From Psammoneis japonica (lineage: Eukaryota), in assembly GCA_008632985.1 (NCBI GenBank), contig QPGO01000118.1:1-64000 (forward strand): 64,000 nt of DNA. Direction: 5' to 3'. The first letter of the stretch is position 1, and each line of letters starts with the position of its first letter. Below are positions 12,920-25,151 of the stretch, in pieces. The translations under genes and the position numbers were made by a program. The notes under the pieces are model-generated. The model was not told where the DNA came from and made no database searches. It saw nothing but the letters and a program-made list of their open reading frames with translations.

Positions 12920-14317
12920 CTACTGCGTCATATAAGGGACAATGTGTTTTGAAGCAAACGTGCGAACGATTTCATGTTGTTCACTGTCGTCCACCATATC
13001 TAGCAGATCCAGTTCATTAGCAACGTCTCGGTCCATGGGAGGTGCGAATAGACTCAACGCACCCGCCATGCTCATTGGAGCGCTTCCACCCATACCACCA
13101 GCGGTACCTTGATTGTTTTGGTGTGCTGTACCACTGCTTCTTGACGAGGAGCTCGCATCAGTTCCATATTTTAGATGCCGGTTCGTCCCGTCGGATGGCG
13201 AAGGCTTTGAATCCTGGTCCGGTGAGTCGCTATCATCACGATCAGATTCCCTTCGCACTCTCTTTTTCCTGACGACGCTATTCAAAACGGCTTGAAATGG
13301 CTGCCGACTGGCAAAAGTGGTTGGGAGGGTGTCTCCAGCTGAATTGTCATAAAGGCTGTCCAGGAGGTATTTTGCATCCGCTGTGGCTTCTCTACCATCA
13401 AGGCAAAGCTTGTAGAGAGCCATCCTTGAATCACCCTCCCCAGTTGCAAACCAAAAAAAAGTCCATTTTTGGTTTAAATCTGTCAACACGGAAACAACAG
13501 CGTGGTCGGGATTCAAATAAGACGCCGCAAAGTGTTCACAAATAGTCTGTGGGGTGTGATCCTTTTTTCGCATGTTTGTGGGCGTCTTCAATTCAAGCAG
13601 AGTCTCAATGTTGTTCCGAATCGCTGCATTGCGAACGTGTTCTGATTTTGCGATTGCAACATCCGTAGTTCCACTTATTTTTCGACTCTCCGGCATTCCT
13701 CTGAGCAGTTGTACGGTCAACAGCTTCCTGTTTGGTTGTGCATCCGCCAAAGCATAATGTGCTGGTATTCGCAATATACTGTCTAGATAAGCCATATATG
13801 CTGTGCGGTTTTCAACAGTATCTTCGTCTCCTTTCAGCCACGAAAATCCATTGACGTGCTGGGACACAGCAGGTTTATTTGACCAAGAGGCCCCTTTCTC
13901 TGGCAAATTCAGCATATCCATCAGGTCAGTCTTTGCTGAATATGTAGCATCTGAAAGTACAATTGTTCTCTTTCTTGTCAAATAATCCTCCGCCATGAGC
14001 TCCAGACCAGCCTTCGCTGTTTCCGAGAATTGCGGTGGCGGTTCGTGCTGTGTTTTGTGATTCTCCGCTGCCTGCTGTTTGTTCTTCACCTTTTCTTGGT
14101 GTGCGAGGATGACATCGATAACTGGAAAAGGAATATTTATCTTCTCCAGGTGATCTGATCTTGCGGAGAGCAAATACGGTTCCGTCTTGTAGCCGGCAGC
14201 CAACAGAGCTGCGGCCGCAGAATCTGCATCGGAGTCGTCCACACCAATGGCAACCAAGAACTCGGCAACTCGCCGCTCCGTCAAAATCGCATTCGGAGCA
14301 GTTGCACTTGCAGCCAT
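12920..14317 (-). CDS. Crinkler-like protein: N-terminal SAM-like helical region plus PD-(D/E)xK restriction-endonuclease-like domain
   Basis: Uninterrupted 465-aa ORF with normal Tyr/TA content; ISGTTD...LLELK...PQTICE...VLTDLNQKWTFFWF resembles Crinkler C-terminal REase domains (recalled motif). Confidence 0.65.
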   Translation of the reverse strand: MAASATAPNAILTERRVAEFLVAIGVDDSDADSAAAALLAAGYKTEPYLLSARSDHLEKINIPFPVIDVILAHQEKVKNKQQAAENHKTQHEPPPQFSETAKAGLELMAEDYLTRKRTIVLSDATYSAKTDLMDMLNLPEKGASWSNKPAVSQHVNGFSWLKGDEDTVENRTAYMAYLDSILRIPAHYALADAQPNRKLLTVQLLRGMPESRKISGTTDVAIAKSEHVRNAAIRNNIETLLELKTPTNMRKKDHTPQTICEHFAASYLNPDHAVVSVLTDLNQKWTFFWFATGEGDSRMALYKLCLDGREATADAKYLLDSLYDNSAGDTLPTTFASRQPFQAVLNSVVRKKRVRRESDRDDSDSPDQDSKPSPSDGTNRHLKYGTDASSSSRSSGTAHQNNQGTAGGMGGSAPMSMAGALSLFAPPMDRDVANELDLLDMVDDSEQHEIVRTFASKHIVPYMTQ

Positions 14318-15628
14318 GATCGACCCAAACTTAACAATAGCAATTGTATGCCTTCTCTCTAGCTAGCGGAATGGTGTCGGTCAAGTTATTGCCGTCGCTT
14401 GCTGGTCTGGGTCGTTGCTATCGTACTGTAGTTTTGTTGCACTCCCAACTGGGAGGTCTGTAAGTGGTACGGAAGAAGACAGAGAAGACCTCCCACGGAT
14501 CGTACCATAGACTCACTCACGATGGAGAGTGCGTGCGATCGACACTGTGGCTATTTCTACTCTCTAGAGACTGGCAGCTATCTACAGCTAGAGGGCCCCA
14601 CTACTCTCTCTACTGCTCTAGCTAGAGAAGCTACTTTAGAGCTAGCTCTAGCTAGAGCTCTAGAGACCAGCTGCTAGAGTGTTGGAGCTAGAGAGCGCAG
14701 CGATTGGGCCAGCACTTGTCAGCCCATCTGTGCCTGTCGTGTGATGGGCAGACTGGATGTGGATGATGGCCAGACCATTTAGATAGACGAGCAGATCTCT
14801 CTGAGATCTGCTTCTCACTTTCTCATCTACTGGTGCTCGTGTCATCACAGTCCTGGTGCTTTGGGGAGTCTTTCGCACCTCTGTCACTGTCGACCTTCGG
14901 CACTCTGTCAGGTTGTGGCCATGCGCTGTGCCACAGACCTCTGCGCCAAGCTTTCCATCTCGATTCATTTGTTTTGTGAGCCGATCGAGCAAGCCTCATC
15001 GTCTGATCCGACAACTTTTTGTCTCGCTTTCCCGGCATTTTTCACAACCGTAGAAACACACCAGATTTCTGCGCGTGCATGACCAAAAATGGCTCCACCC
15101 ACTAAAACCATGGCGTCTCCCGACCTTGCAAAAGCCGCTCCTGCGTCAATTGCAGAGATCCACTGCAAATTTGAGGCACATGCAACGACGCCACATCTAC
15201 ATCAGTGCCTGAGTGCGGTTTGTGCAGACTCCACAACTGACCTCGATCGATTTTTTGACGATCCAGAGCACGCGCAACCCAAGAACGATTTTGCGGACAT
15301 GCTTCGCGATTGTTTCATCCATGAAGCGTTTCCACCTCACACAGCTGATCCCATGGATGTAGAATCAATCAAGACGATTGTGGGTCAAGCCCCGTTCAGA
15401 CTTCTTGACCCTCAAAGGCCTTGTCCAGTCCGCCTGACGACTCCGATCTCATCAAAGATGATCAAGACGAATCTTCAGAACGGTGGACAATCTCTGTTCA
15501 TTGTCACATCTACCCAACACATGCATGTTGATCCGGACATGACATGGAACTGTCTCAGCTGGAACGAGTTCTCTCTTGCGCCCTGCCAGAAGAAACAGCA
15601 GCCTCCGTCTTCTTCTCAGAAACCCACG

Positions 15629-16060
15629 TGCAGCATGCATGCAGACAAAAGGTCATTTTTGTCACGACCTTTGTGACATTTAAACTGCAACACGTCGCCG
15701 TGATGCTTTAACTCTCATCAGCAACTGTGTGTTGCACTCCTCCCCATGTGTCACGCGCAGAGCTAACGTGCACTGACACTGCACGTTTTTGGCGGAACAG
15801 TGTGGGCACGCACGAAGGAACGTGCAGAACTGCACAGAGTTTTGCGCGTTCGACAGTGATCAACGTTGCTGCAGACAACTCCCACTCAGGGTTTCGAACC
15901 CCTGGCCTCCTGCCCAGTGGTTGCGATGTGCCACTCCGCCATGAATTCACAATGCAGCATGCATGCAGACAAAAGGTCATTTTTGTCACGACCTTTGTGA
16001 CATTTAAACTGCAACACGTCGCCGTGATGCTTTAACTCTCATTGGCAACTGTGTGTTGCA
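15629..16060 (-). mobile_element. TRIM-like non-autonomous LTR element (432 bp, 108-bp LTRs) nested in copia gag
   Basis: Direct repeats 15629-15736 and 15953-16060 (TG..CA ends, one CA/TG difference); minus-strand PPT ggggaggag (15737-15745); probable 4-bp TSD cacg/caca; removal restores the gag frame (P-T-G-P). Confidence 0.8.
15878..15947 (-). promoter_or_regulatory. tRNA-like Pol III internal promoter (A box and B box) inside the TRIM
   Basis: A box TGGCGGAGTGG (15941-15931) and B box GGTTCGAAACC (15900-15890) in a T-arm-like stem cagggg-ttcgaaa-ccctg, with tRNA-like spacing. Confidence 0.6.
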
Positions 16061-19000
16061 CACAGGACCTGCTACATTGACTGTGACTGACTTGGCAACT
16101 GCACTCAATGCACACGCGTCGAGCCATGCTCCGCCTTCTACAGCTTCTGCCAAGACATCTGGAAGTGCTGCATCTTCCGCAACATCGAAGTGCCTCTTCA
16201 ATCCGAGCACACTTCCTGCAGACGTTCATGCACGCTACGACCGCAAAGAAGACGGAAAAGTTGCTCTTCAGAGCTCTCTCGTCCCTTGCGACCATGGACT
16301 CCGTCACTGTGTTGATGCATCCGATCGTGTCATCCTTGACGATGGTGCCCTTTTCATCATGAGCTTGACTCCTGATCAGAAAATGCTGTTCAGAGAACCT
16401 CCTGCATGTCATGACGACTCTCCCCCTGGGATGCGAGCATGGCACCAAAATCTCCAACGTCACGCCTTTGACTCAGGTTGCCACATGCATCCCCTGTGGT
16501 GTTTTGCTGAGGATCATGGTGGTGAGAAGGGTTTTGAGATCGGCAATGGCAAGGATGATGACTTGCCTCAACGCATGTGCGTCCACTGCAAGGAAGCTCA
16601 GAGTTCTCTCCACAAAATCCTCTCCAAGTTGGATGTGTTCCCCAAGAACAGCAAGCATCATCGGATTGTTGCATCGTGCCACGGCAACGGATGCAAGGCT
16701 CTAAAGCAGATTGTCCACGAGAATCACCCTGCCTTTGATCATGATGCTGCTGGACTTGTTGATTCCCATCCCACCCAAGGCAATCGATCTTCAATGGACT
16801 GCCACATGATCTTCAATGATTTCCTGCAGCTGCGTGCCCACATTTTTGATGCGGACTCTACGTTGAACGATCCACGGGAGATGACTGTCTTCATCAAGAA
16901 CACTGAGTGCTCCAAGTTCTTGTCACGTGCTGCCAGAGATGAACGGAAGTCTCCAGCTGTGCAGAAGAAGTGCACGGATGCACAGATTGTCGAGACTCTC
17001 TCTGTGTTCCTCCACCAACCGGATGGTCCATCCCTTCCCACTCGCACGACGCAATCCAACCCAGCCGCACATGGAATCGAGCAGATGCTTCCACGCGACG
17101 CACACCTGCCAATGTCAACTCCACCCAGATCCCTGAGATGCCCCTCCGTGAACCAGTTGATGACTCTGCCACTGAAGATCCTGGCACAGAATCTCCACCT
17201 CCAGACACCTTTGATGCTCTTTGCAACGAATTGCACGAACTCGAGATCCCATCTACGGACGAAGATCGAATCCTTCACCATGTGTGTTCGGCTTCAGTCT
17301 ATAAACTGAAAGTCACTCCGCATGAAGCCTCCAAGAAACCATGTCTTGTCTGCTCCGGAGAGCATTTGTTTGATGACTGTCCAGTCCTGAAGAATGACCC
17401 GTACATCAAGGGCTTCCACATCCATTTTTGTCAATTCTTAAAACGGGAAGCAGCTGTGCGTGCTTCTGAGTTCCAAGGACCCCAAGGTTTGCTCCCACCT
17501 CATCATGACAATCCTGAAAATCCGCCTCCATCTGGTGCTCAGCCCTCGGATTTTCAATCGGGCCGTCGCAGCTGGTTTCGGATCTCCGACGCTGCCCGTC
17601 ATCTCCTCACCGAGACAAGACCAATGTCAGTGGGATGACCTTGAAAGAGGGACTGACCGTCTCGTCATCTGCCACTGCAATGCCTCTTTCCTCACAGATT
17701 GACATGGATGCCACCCCTTCCACCTCCACGAAGATGTCATTTGATGCCAACACGTCACCCGACGATGACCCTGCTCCTCAAGAAGCCTCCGTCGATGCTG
17801 CTCATGTTCCGGATCCTTTGGAACAGGGGAGGGAAGACCCAGAAACACCGGTTTTTGAGGAACATGTTGATCTCACCTGTGATGATGTGGCTGTTGAAGA
17901 CAGTTTTGCTGCTGTCAATTCTGTTTGTGTTGCTCCGATCGATCCATGCCAGGCGAATCACTCACCTGAGCCGGAACTGCTGCGATCCACTTGTTCTGTC
18001 AATGGGGTAAACTTTGCTCCGAATGAACGTTGTGCTCAGTTGGATGCAGGTGCCAACATTGCGCGTGCAGGCGACCGTGACCTCCTCCATCGCCACCAAG
18101 ACTTCACTCCATCCCATCCCTGTCCCCTTGCCGTCAACCCGGCCCTTGGCCACCAAGCTGTCCCAGTTGGATTCGGCTGTCTTCGCATCCCTGCAGAGAA
18201 CTCTGATGGCCATGTTGAGGTCTGTGCACACCACCACCCACAGATCCAATCTACGTTGGTCGATGAGCGACTCCTCCTTCGTCAAAATGGTTCTCGTCAC
18301 GCAGATTGCAATGTCGATTGCACTCTCAAGTTCCATGATCTCGGTGCCTGCAAGTTTGTTGCACGACACCGATTGTGCAAGAGTCAGGACATCATTCTTC
18401 ATGGAAAATCGATCAATGGAAAATGTTTTGCTCACCCTCTCATTCTCCCGGAATCTAACGATGAACTGGATGCATCTGTCGAGCGCCTCAAGACCGCTGA
18501 TCCTTCTTTTGCCGATGAGTGTGAAGCGGTCTCTGCGTGTGTGATTGAGACTTGTCGCACCCACCAACATGAAGCTCTTCGTGATGAACGCAAGTTGATC
18601 CCCCGTGTCTGTCAAGATGTTCCTTTCGAGAAGCATGCTGAGAAGAACATTCCTGTCCAGTCTCTCAAGGCCAACACGGAACGTCTTTTATGGCATCAGC
18701 GACTTGGTCATCCGAGTGATCACTGCCTTTGTCATGCCCATGAACATGTTGATGGCATCCCCAAGTTTGCCCACGGAACTTCTCCTCTCGACACTTGTCC
18801 CACATGTGCACGAGCCAAGCAGACGAAGGAACCTGCCGGTCCGAACACTGCTTTTACTGCCACCCAACCATGCCAAGGCCTTGCGATTGATTTTTCCTTC
18901 TCTGGCCCATGCTCCAAGAACTCGGAGCGCACCAAGGACTGTGTTGGATTGAATGGCGAGACTTGTTGGATTGCCATTTATGATCATAAAACGAAGCGTC

Positions 19001-22000
19001 TCCATGGTGCGACTCGTGTCTCCAAGGCAACCCCTTTGAATTGGATTCGCCACTTTCTGGAAGAGCACTCGCCAAAATGTCCAGACAAATGTGTGTTTGT
19101 GGATCAAGGAGGTGAATCATGTCAGAACCCAGAAGTTCGCCGACTCTTCGAGGATGACTTTCATTGTGCAATTCGTCCCGCGGGAAAAGATGCTTCAAAT
19201 CAGAGTGGCCCAGTGGAACGCAGTCATTTGTCTGTTGCCAATGCCATCCAGGCGATGCTGATCGGTGCTGATTTGCCCATCAAATTCTGGCCCCATGCTT
19301 TTCATCATTTCATTCGAATCAACAATGCTGTGCCATCCCGCAGACAACCTGCTGCTCCGATTGCTCTCGCCACTGGTCGGAAGGATGATTTCAAGAACTT
19401 TCGTACGTTTGGTTGTCGAGTGTGGGTGCGTGCGTCGAATCACCGCCCAGCAAAATTTCGGTCTGTCTCTCGCAAGGGAATGTTCTTAGGCCATCTTCCG
19501 GACACTGCCAAGAACATTCTTTGGTGTGATGCTGAGACATCGCGTGCCAAGCTTGCCAAGCACATTTGCTGCGATGAGGGCATGAATGATCTTCCCCACG
19601 ACTCTCTTCCGCCGAATGTGGTTCACTTGGAACGTGCTCAAGATGGCAAGGCTTTACCTGCCGAGACTGAAGAAACCACGATGGATGAATTCCACTTTCA
19701 TGGGAATCCTTTTGCCAAGACCATCAAGCGTGCGATGAAGGGACCATTTGCTGATCCCACGTTTGGACTTTCCTTGGCTACGGACGATCTCTGTCAGCAA
19801 GCATTTGTCTCTGACATTGAGCGTGGTTCTCCTGCTGCGTGTCTTTTCTCCTCTTTGAAGGCTGCCCGTGACAAGATCAAGGGTGCGTGTGTTGCATCGA
19901 TCGATGATCATCCCATGTTCACGGCAGTGGAGGCTGTCAAACGTTTTCAGCAAGTCTGTGATTCTGGCAAGACTCATTTTGAAATTGAATTCGCGCCGGA
20001 ACGTCGCCTGGACTCTCCAGCCCTGCAACGTGCTCTGATGGAACACAACATGTGTGCACCGAGTCCTGATCCTGATGATGAGCATGTTCCAGAAATCACC
20101 AACGCCGACATGCATGCTGTTGCTGCCATCCGCCACCCTGACATTGATTTCTCCAAAACGGACGATGACGATGTCCCTCCGCCATTCTTTGTTGATTGTG
20201 ACAATGGTGTGGTCAACATCTGTGCTGTCTCATCTCACGCTGTTGCTCCAGAGGAACAAGCCTCAGGTGCTTTCACCCGCCATCGCCTCAAGAAGTTGGA
20301 CATGTGGCCTGAATGGCATGCAGGTGAATTCAAACAACTTGACCAGTTCCATGAGTTGGGGATGTTTGGTGCACCAATTGCACGACCCAAGGATGCTGTC
20401 GTACTTCGTCCACATTGGCAATGTGACCTCAAGCATGATGGCACACGGCACTCTCGACAGTGCTGTGATGGATCTCCCCGTGCTGTGTCGATGCTACATC
20501 GACTCTGCTCGACGCACTCGTCCTGTGTTGAGCAGCCTGTCCAATGCATGTTTTTTGCCCTTGCTGCGACCATGAGCTATCCTGTCTTTGGCGGGGATGC
20601 TCGTGATGCCTGTGCACACTCTCCATGACCGTCACACCCCGCATGTGTTGCCACAGACGAGGCATGTGCAACCTGGCACAAGGCTCGGTTTGGCATTGAC
20701 TTGGACAGGAGCATGGTGCTCCCGATGCAACGTGCACTTCAAGGACACCCAGAAGCCGGCGTGCTCTGGGAGACGCACATCAACGGCATTTTGTCTGATG
20801 TGAATCTGCTTTTTCGAAACACTGCTCATGACAAATGCGTCCACTCTGCTGCTTTTGAAGGACACAAGATCTTGCTCCTCCGTCAGGTTGATGATTTCTC
20901 TCTCGCTTGTCCTGAAGAGTCTGTTGCGATCAAGATCTATGACAAGATTGGCAAAGCTCTCCAATTGGAATCGGAAACCTCTCCGCCGTTCAAGTGTCTT
21001 GGCATGATTGACGAATTCAATGGTGTGGACATTCATCAATGCGATGATTCCATTGGCACCGCTGTTCACAGCTGCACAGATCGGGTTTGTGCCTCGCATG
21101 GTTGGTCGACACCGACGGACGAGGAACTTGACGACGACCACAAGGCTGCGCCACTGCCTGTTGACTCTGTTCGCGAACTGTGTGATGCTGTTTTGGCCCA
21201 GCTGAAGGAACCCCGGAGCATGCGGAACTACAACAAGCTGCTGGTTTTGGCTGCCGAACTCTTCTTGGCGAATTGTTGCATGCGCACATTGTCTGTCGAC
21301 TGGACATTGGGCATGCTGTCACTGCTCTATCCAAGTTCTCGACCTGTCCTGCTGTGGTTCACTATGACGTGCTCAAAGGAACATGCAAGTGCCTTCGACG
21401 CACTGAACATTGGGAATTGAACTGCAGGAAGCCTGCCCGAGACTCCAAACCACCCGCCCACCCCTTCGAACGTCTCACTCCGGACCCGACCTTGCCATCG
21501 TTCCCTTGTCCTGCATGTGATCATCAACTTGTTGCTTTCTTGGATGCTGCTCATGGCAATGACCTCCGCAACCGTTGTTCTACGACTGGCTGTGCTTGCA
21601 TGTTGGCTGGTGCTGCTGTGTCTTTTCGGTGCAAGACCCAATCGGTGACCACTGCGAGCTCTGCGGAAGCTGAATTTCATGCTGCTGGAACCACTGCCAA
21701 GCATGTCCCATGCCTTTGTCACGTTCTACAAGACCTGGGCTTCCCTCAGACGGAGCCAACCCCATTGCACATTGACAACGAATCGGCGATCAAGATCATC
21801 AATCACTCGATCCCGACTGAGCGATCCCGTCACATTGAGGTTCAGTTTTTTGTGATCCAAGAATGGAAGGAAGCGGGCAAGATTGTCACGAGACATGTTC
21901 CTGGCATTGTCAACCCTGGCGATGACCTTGCCAAGGCCCTTGGCTGGGTGCTGCACGCTCGCCACGCTCGACGCATGATGGGACACTGCTGTTGACATTT

Positions 22001-22874
22001 TTTTCCGCGGTGGCCTCCCTGCTGCACATTGCCCTCTTGTTTGATGGCATGTTGGGCATGGACACTTCTCGTGTCCCATGTCCAGTCTCTCTATTTTTTC
22101 CTCACATCATCCCTGTTCTTTGGTTTGATCTGCACTGTTCTCTGTGTTGAGACATTGCAGATCAGGGGAGGGTGTCAGCCCATCTGTGCCTGTTGCATGA
22201 TGGACAGACTGGATGCGGATGATGGCTGGACCATTTAGATGGACGAGCAGATCTCTCTGAGATCTGCTTCTCACTTTCTCATCTGCTGGCACTCGTGTCA
22301 TCACAGTCCTGGCACTTTAGGGAGTCTTTCATGCCTCTGTCACTGTCGACCTTCGGCATTCTGTCAGCACTTTTTGTCCCAGTTGCACCGGCCCACAGCA
22401 CTTGCAGCAAGCTCCACTCTAGAGAGAGTGGTCTCCACTTTTATGCATTGATGCAGCAGACCTGCTCTAGAGTGGCCAGAGGGAGTGCGGTGGTGAGAAG
22501 TGCTTGTAAAAAAAGAAAAGACGTTCATCCATTCTACGGTGTGGCACACCTTGGAGCTGTGACGAAAATTGCTGTCATTGCCACTCTTGGTGCCATGGCA
22601 AGACGTTGTTGATGGAAGCATTTGTTTGTTGGCTGTCTTCAGTGGAGGCTACAATTTCAAAAGTGCAAGGTGAGGACACAGTTCGCATCGATCATTCCTC
22701 ATGAGTGGTGCCAGAGAAAACGACAAAGCTCTCTGCGCACTCAATCATGTTTGCGACAGTTTCTGAAAAGACAAATCTGAACCTTGCAATGGAGTTTGCA
22801 GACGTCAAACGCGACCATTGATTCAGTCCAGCATTCAACCATTGTCTTCAGTTCCGTGCATGTCAGTCACTGGA

Positions 22875-22878
<4 letters not shown>

Positions 22879-22914
<36 letters not shown>

Positions 22915-22920
22915 AAGAGA
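22879..22920. repeat. (GA)n microsatellite
   Basis: About 16 perfect GA units followed by GAAA variants. Confidence 0.95.
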
Positions 22921-23288
22921 GTGGTCCTCACAGTCAAGAGAGAAACAGCAGCAGCCAGAGAATTCAGTCCGACAGTTGCAGTGTGTTGCATTTCTGCACA
23001 CAGTGCATGACCATCAATCTGTGTTGGCAGCTTCAATCAAGCCAACAACACACTTCACAGTGGCGCCAAATGCCCAACAGAGCCAGTGACACCAAGTGAG
23101 CTTCTCCACGACCTCCCAGCATTGCTTTGGCAGACATGTCAAGAGCTCCAAGCCAGCGAAACGATTCTGCATGTTTGCTGAGGCTGGGACGTCTCAGTGC
23201 AGCTGCTCCTCCTTCTCAACGAGACTCTCCACTTGTGAGACCAATCCTCATGGTTGTGATTTTGCCTCCAACACACTGCGACAAAAAG

Positions 23289-24692
23289 TCAAGCGTCCTT
23301 GACGTTGTTCAGCGGCTTCCACCTCCCCGCATTGCACGCAGCCTTGTGATCATTCCAGTCATTTGCAAGGCATTCATTGCTGCAGCACCAGGCAACGTCA
23401 CAACGATTGCACACCATCATGTCTTGGGATTCTTGGCCACAGTCTCGACACTGAGGACCAACATGTTGTAAAGGATCTGTCCCCACAGCGGGAATCACCC
23501 AGATGAAAAAAGTGTTTTCACATGCGTTGGATCAGAAAAAGATGGGAATCATCTTCTTGATGTTGGACACAAAATGATGTCGCCAAAAATGACGGCATTA
23601 AATCACACAGTCGATGACAACGTCAATGAATGTTGTCAGTTCAACAAGTCATTGCAATGTTCTGCTGTCATTCTCATTTTCGGCGGGAAAGCATGTGCGA
23701 GCATGCAATTCTATAGAATGATGACAAAAGGACCCTCATGAAAACACTTTTCTGAAAGTCAATTGTGGGTCGAGGGTGATTCCCGCTGTGGGGACAGATC
23801 CGTTGTAAAAAATCTCAGGATTGCGCCCATGAAGTTGTTCCAAGACATTTTCCATGACACAATCACCACCAGCAGCAAGGAGTGCAGAGGGCATGCCTCC
23901 AGCACGTGATTCAGAGAGTGACGCCATGAGATTGCACCCGGCCACCTGAATTCTGTCGTCGCTCGCGAAGCATGCCATTGTGGCAAGAATGGTCGGGATT
24001 CCACCACAGCCGATTAATTCACAAGCAAATGATGACACAAGGAAGTTGTTGGTGCAGAATGTGTTGCACTGCAATGACTGCAGGAGATGCAACGCATCAT
24101 GGCATAAAAGCGTTTGATGCAACTCTTGGCGAAAACTGCTCCTCACATTTTTCAGCACCTCCACAGCCACACGGACCCCGCCAGCTTCGCGCATGGCATT
24201 GACGTGATTGTCTCCAGATGAGATGTTCAACAGAATGAGTGAGCACCCAAAGCATGCCATCACCTTGTCCTCGTCATTGTCCAACGGTGCTTGCCCGACA
24301 AAATTGCTCATGGCAGCAATTGCGGTCGGAATTCCGTCACTCTCTGCAACAGCTCGTCTGGCTCCATCACTGTGGCCTTCTTTTGCAGCTGCAAAAAGCA
24401 GATTGACACCCAAGGATTGAATGGCTGGAACCTGTGGATTCTTCTGCATTAGAGCGATGATGGCATTCATTCCACCTGCTCATGCAAGAGCTGCAACGCA
24501 GCTGCGCCCTTTGTGCAAGTCGTCGCACTCAACAAGGTCCAAAAGATGCAACAAAGAAAGACGAGCCCTTTTCACGTCATTGTCATCTGACACCATACAT
24601 CTGCACGACAACAAGTCAGAGACCAGATGTGAAATCACTTGATGGGGCTGTGGCTTGCCTTTGGCTCTGTCGCTGCGGCTTTTCTTCCCCAT
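23289..24692 (-). pseudogene. ARM-repeat-like protein with C-terminal MYND zinc finger, TA-eroded and interrupted by a MITE
   Basis: MGKKS start at 24692; GGIPTILATMACFASDDRIQVAGC-type ARM-like units; MYND CRDC..CNRC..AWCCSNECL..DW..HK..C with canonical YC changed to CC. Confidence 0.75.
23473..23801. mobile_element. MITE, 329 bp, perfect 28-bp TIRs beginning GG, 8-bp TSD (Merlin-like structure)
   Basis: ggatctgtccccacagcgggaatcaccc at 23473-23500 and its exact reverse complement at 23774-23801; gttgtaaa at 23465-23472 and 23802-23809. Confidence 0.9.
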
Positions 24693-24910
24693 GGTCTCGA
24701 GTTGAATGCGTTCTGGTCGATCGCCCGCCCAGTGTGTGGGCATGTTCGTCCATCTGTCCGTCATCGGCATGAAACAAATTCAAGAATCAACGGGAATCAT
24801 TCGGGTCCTGAGAGTCATCATGTAGAAATTGTGCAGGAGAGCACTGAAAATGATTGTCATCAGTCTGTCCATCCATCCGTGTACGAATGTCAACTTCTCG
24901 GGAAATCAAT

Positions 24911-24983
24911 TGAAATGCTGTCTGATTGACGGCATTTTGATTCACACAGTGAAGGCCAATGCCGTCAATCAGACAGCATTTCA
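24911..24983. repeat. Perfect 26-bp inverted repeat with 21-bp loop
   Basis: tgaaatgctgtctgattgacggcatt (24911-24936) and aatgccgtcaatcagacagcatttca (24958-24983). Confidence 0.9.
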
Positions 24984-25151
24984 GTTCAGTTCCCAAAAAG
25001 TTGTTAGCTCCAATCACTCTCTCGTGTGACATTGTGCGCATTTCCACACGATTTTGTGTTTTTCCTCATGCAAAATGTCAATTGTGACCCACGCGACATT
25101 TTCGAATGATTCCTGTTGCTCACATGTCTCGTGCATTGCAGCATGGCTGCA

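Larger units (their letters stand above)
15089..21995 (+). pseudogene. Copia gag-pol polyprotein with frameshifts, a stop and a nested insertion
   Basis: Zinc knuckle CLVCSGEHLFDDC; protease LDAGAN; LWHQRLGH..CPTC; integrase IDF / VDQGGE / GPVER; RT LRQVDDF; RNase H FLDAAHG, EAEF, DNESA. Confidence 0.9.
14717..22366 (+). mobile_element. Full-length Ty1/copia LTR retrotransposon (diatom CoDi-like), inactivated
   Basis: 194-bp TG..CA LTRs at 14717-14910 and 22173-22366; TSD GCACT at 14712-14716 and 22367-22371; PBS-like ggttgtggcc at 14911; PPT aggggaggg just before 22173; order gag-PR-IN-RT-RH. Confidence 0.95.

Noticed and set aside
15878..15947. A functional tRNA gene
   Set aside because: A and B boxes and a T-arm are visible, but I could not fold convincing acceptor and anticodon stems, and it lies inside an LTR-bounded element.
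20881..20898. RT motif QVDD as a product of the hypermutation
   Set aside because: CAG cannot arise from TAY by the TA>CA change alone, and I recall RQVDD as native to diatom copia lineages.
15089..21995. Alternative genetic code or RNA editing restoring Tyr
   Set aside because: Adjacent live genes use TAT/TAC normally, both Cys and His replace Tyr, and non-coding LTR and PBS sequence is affected as well.
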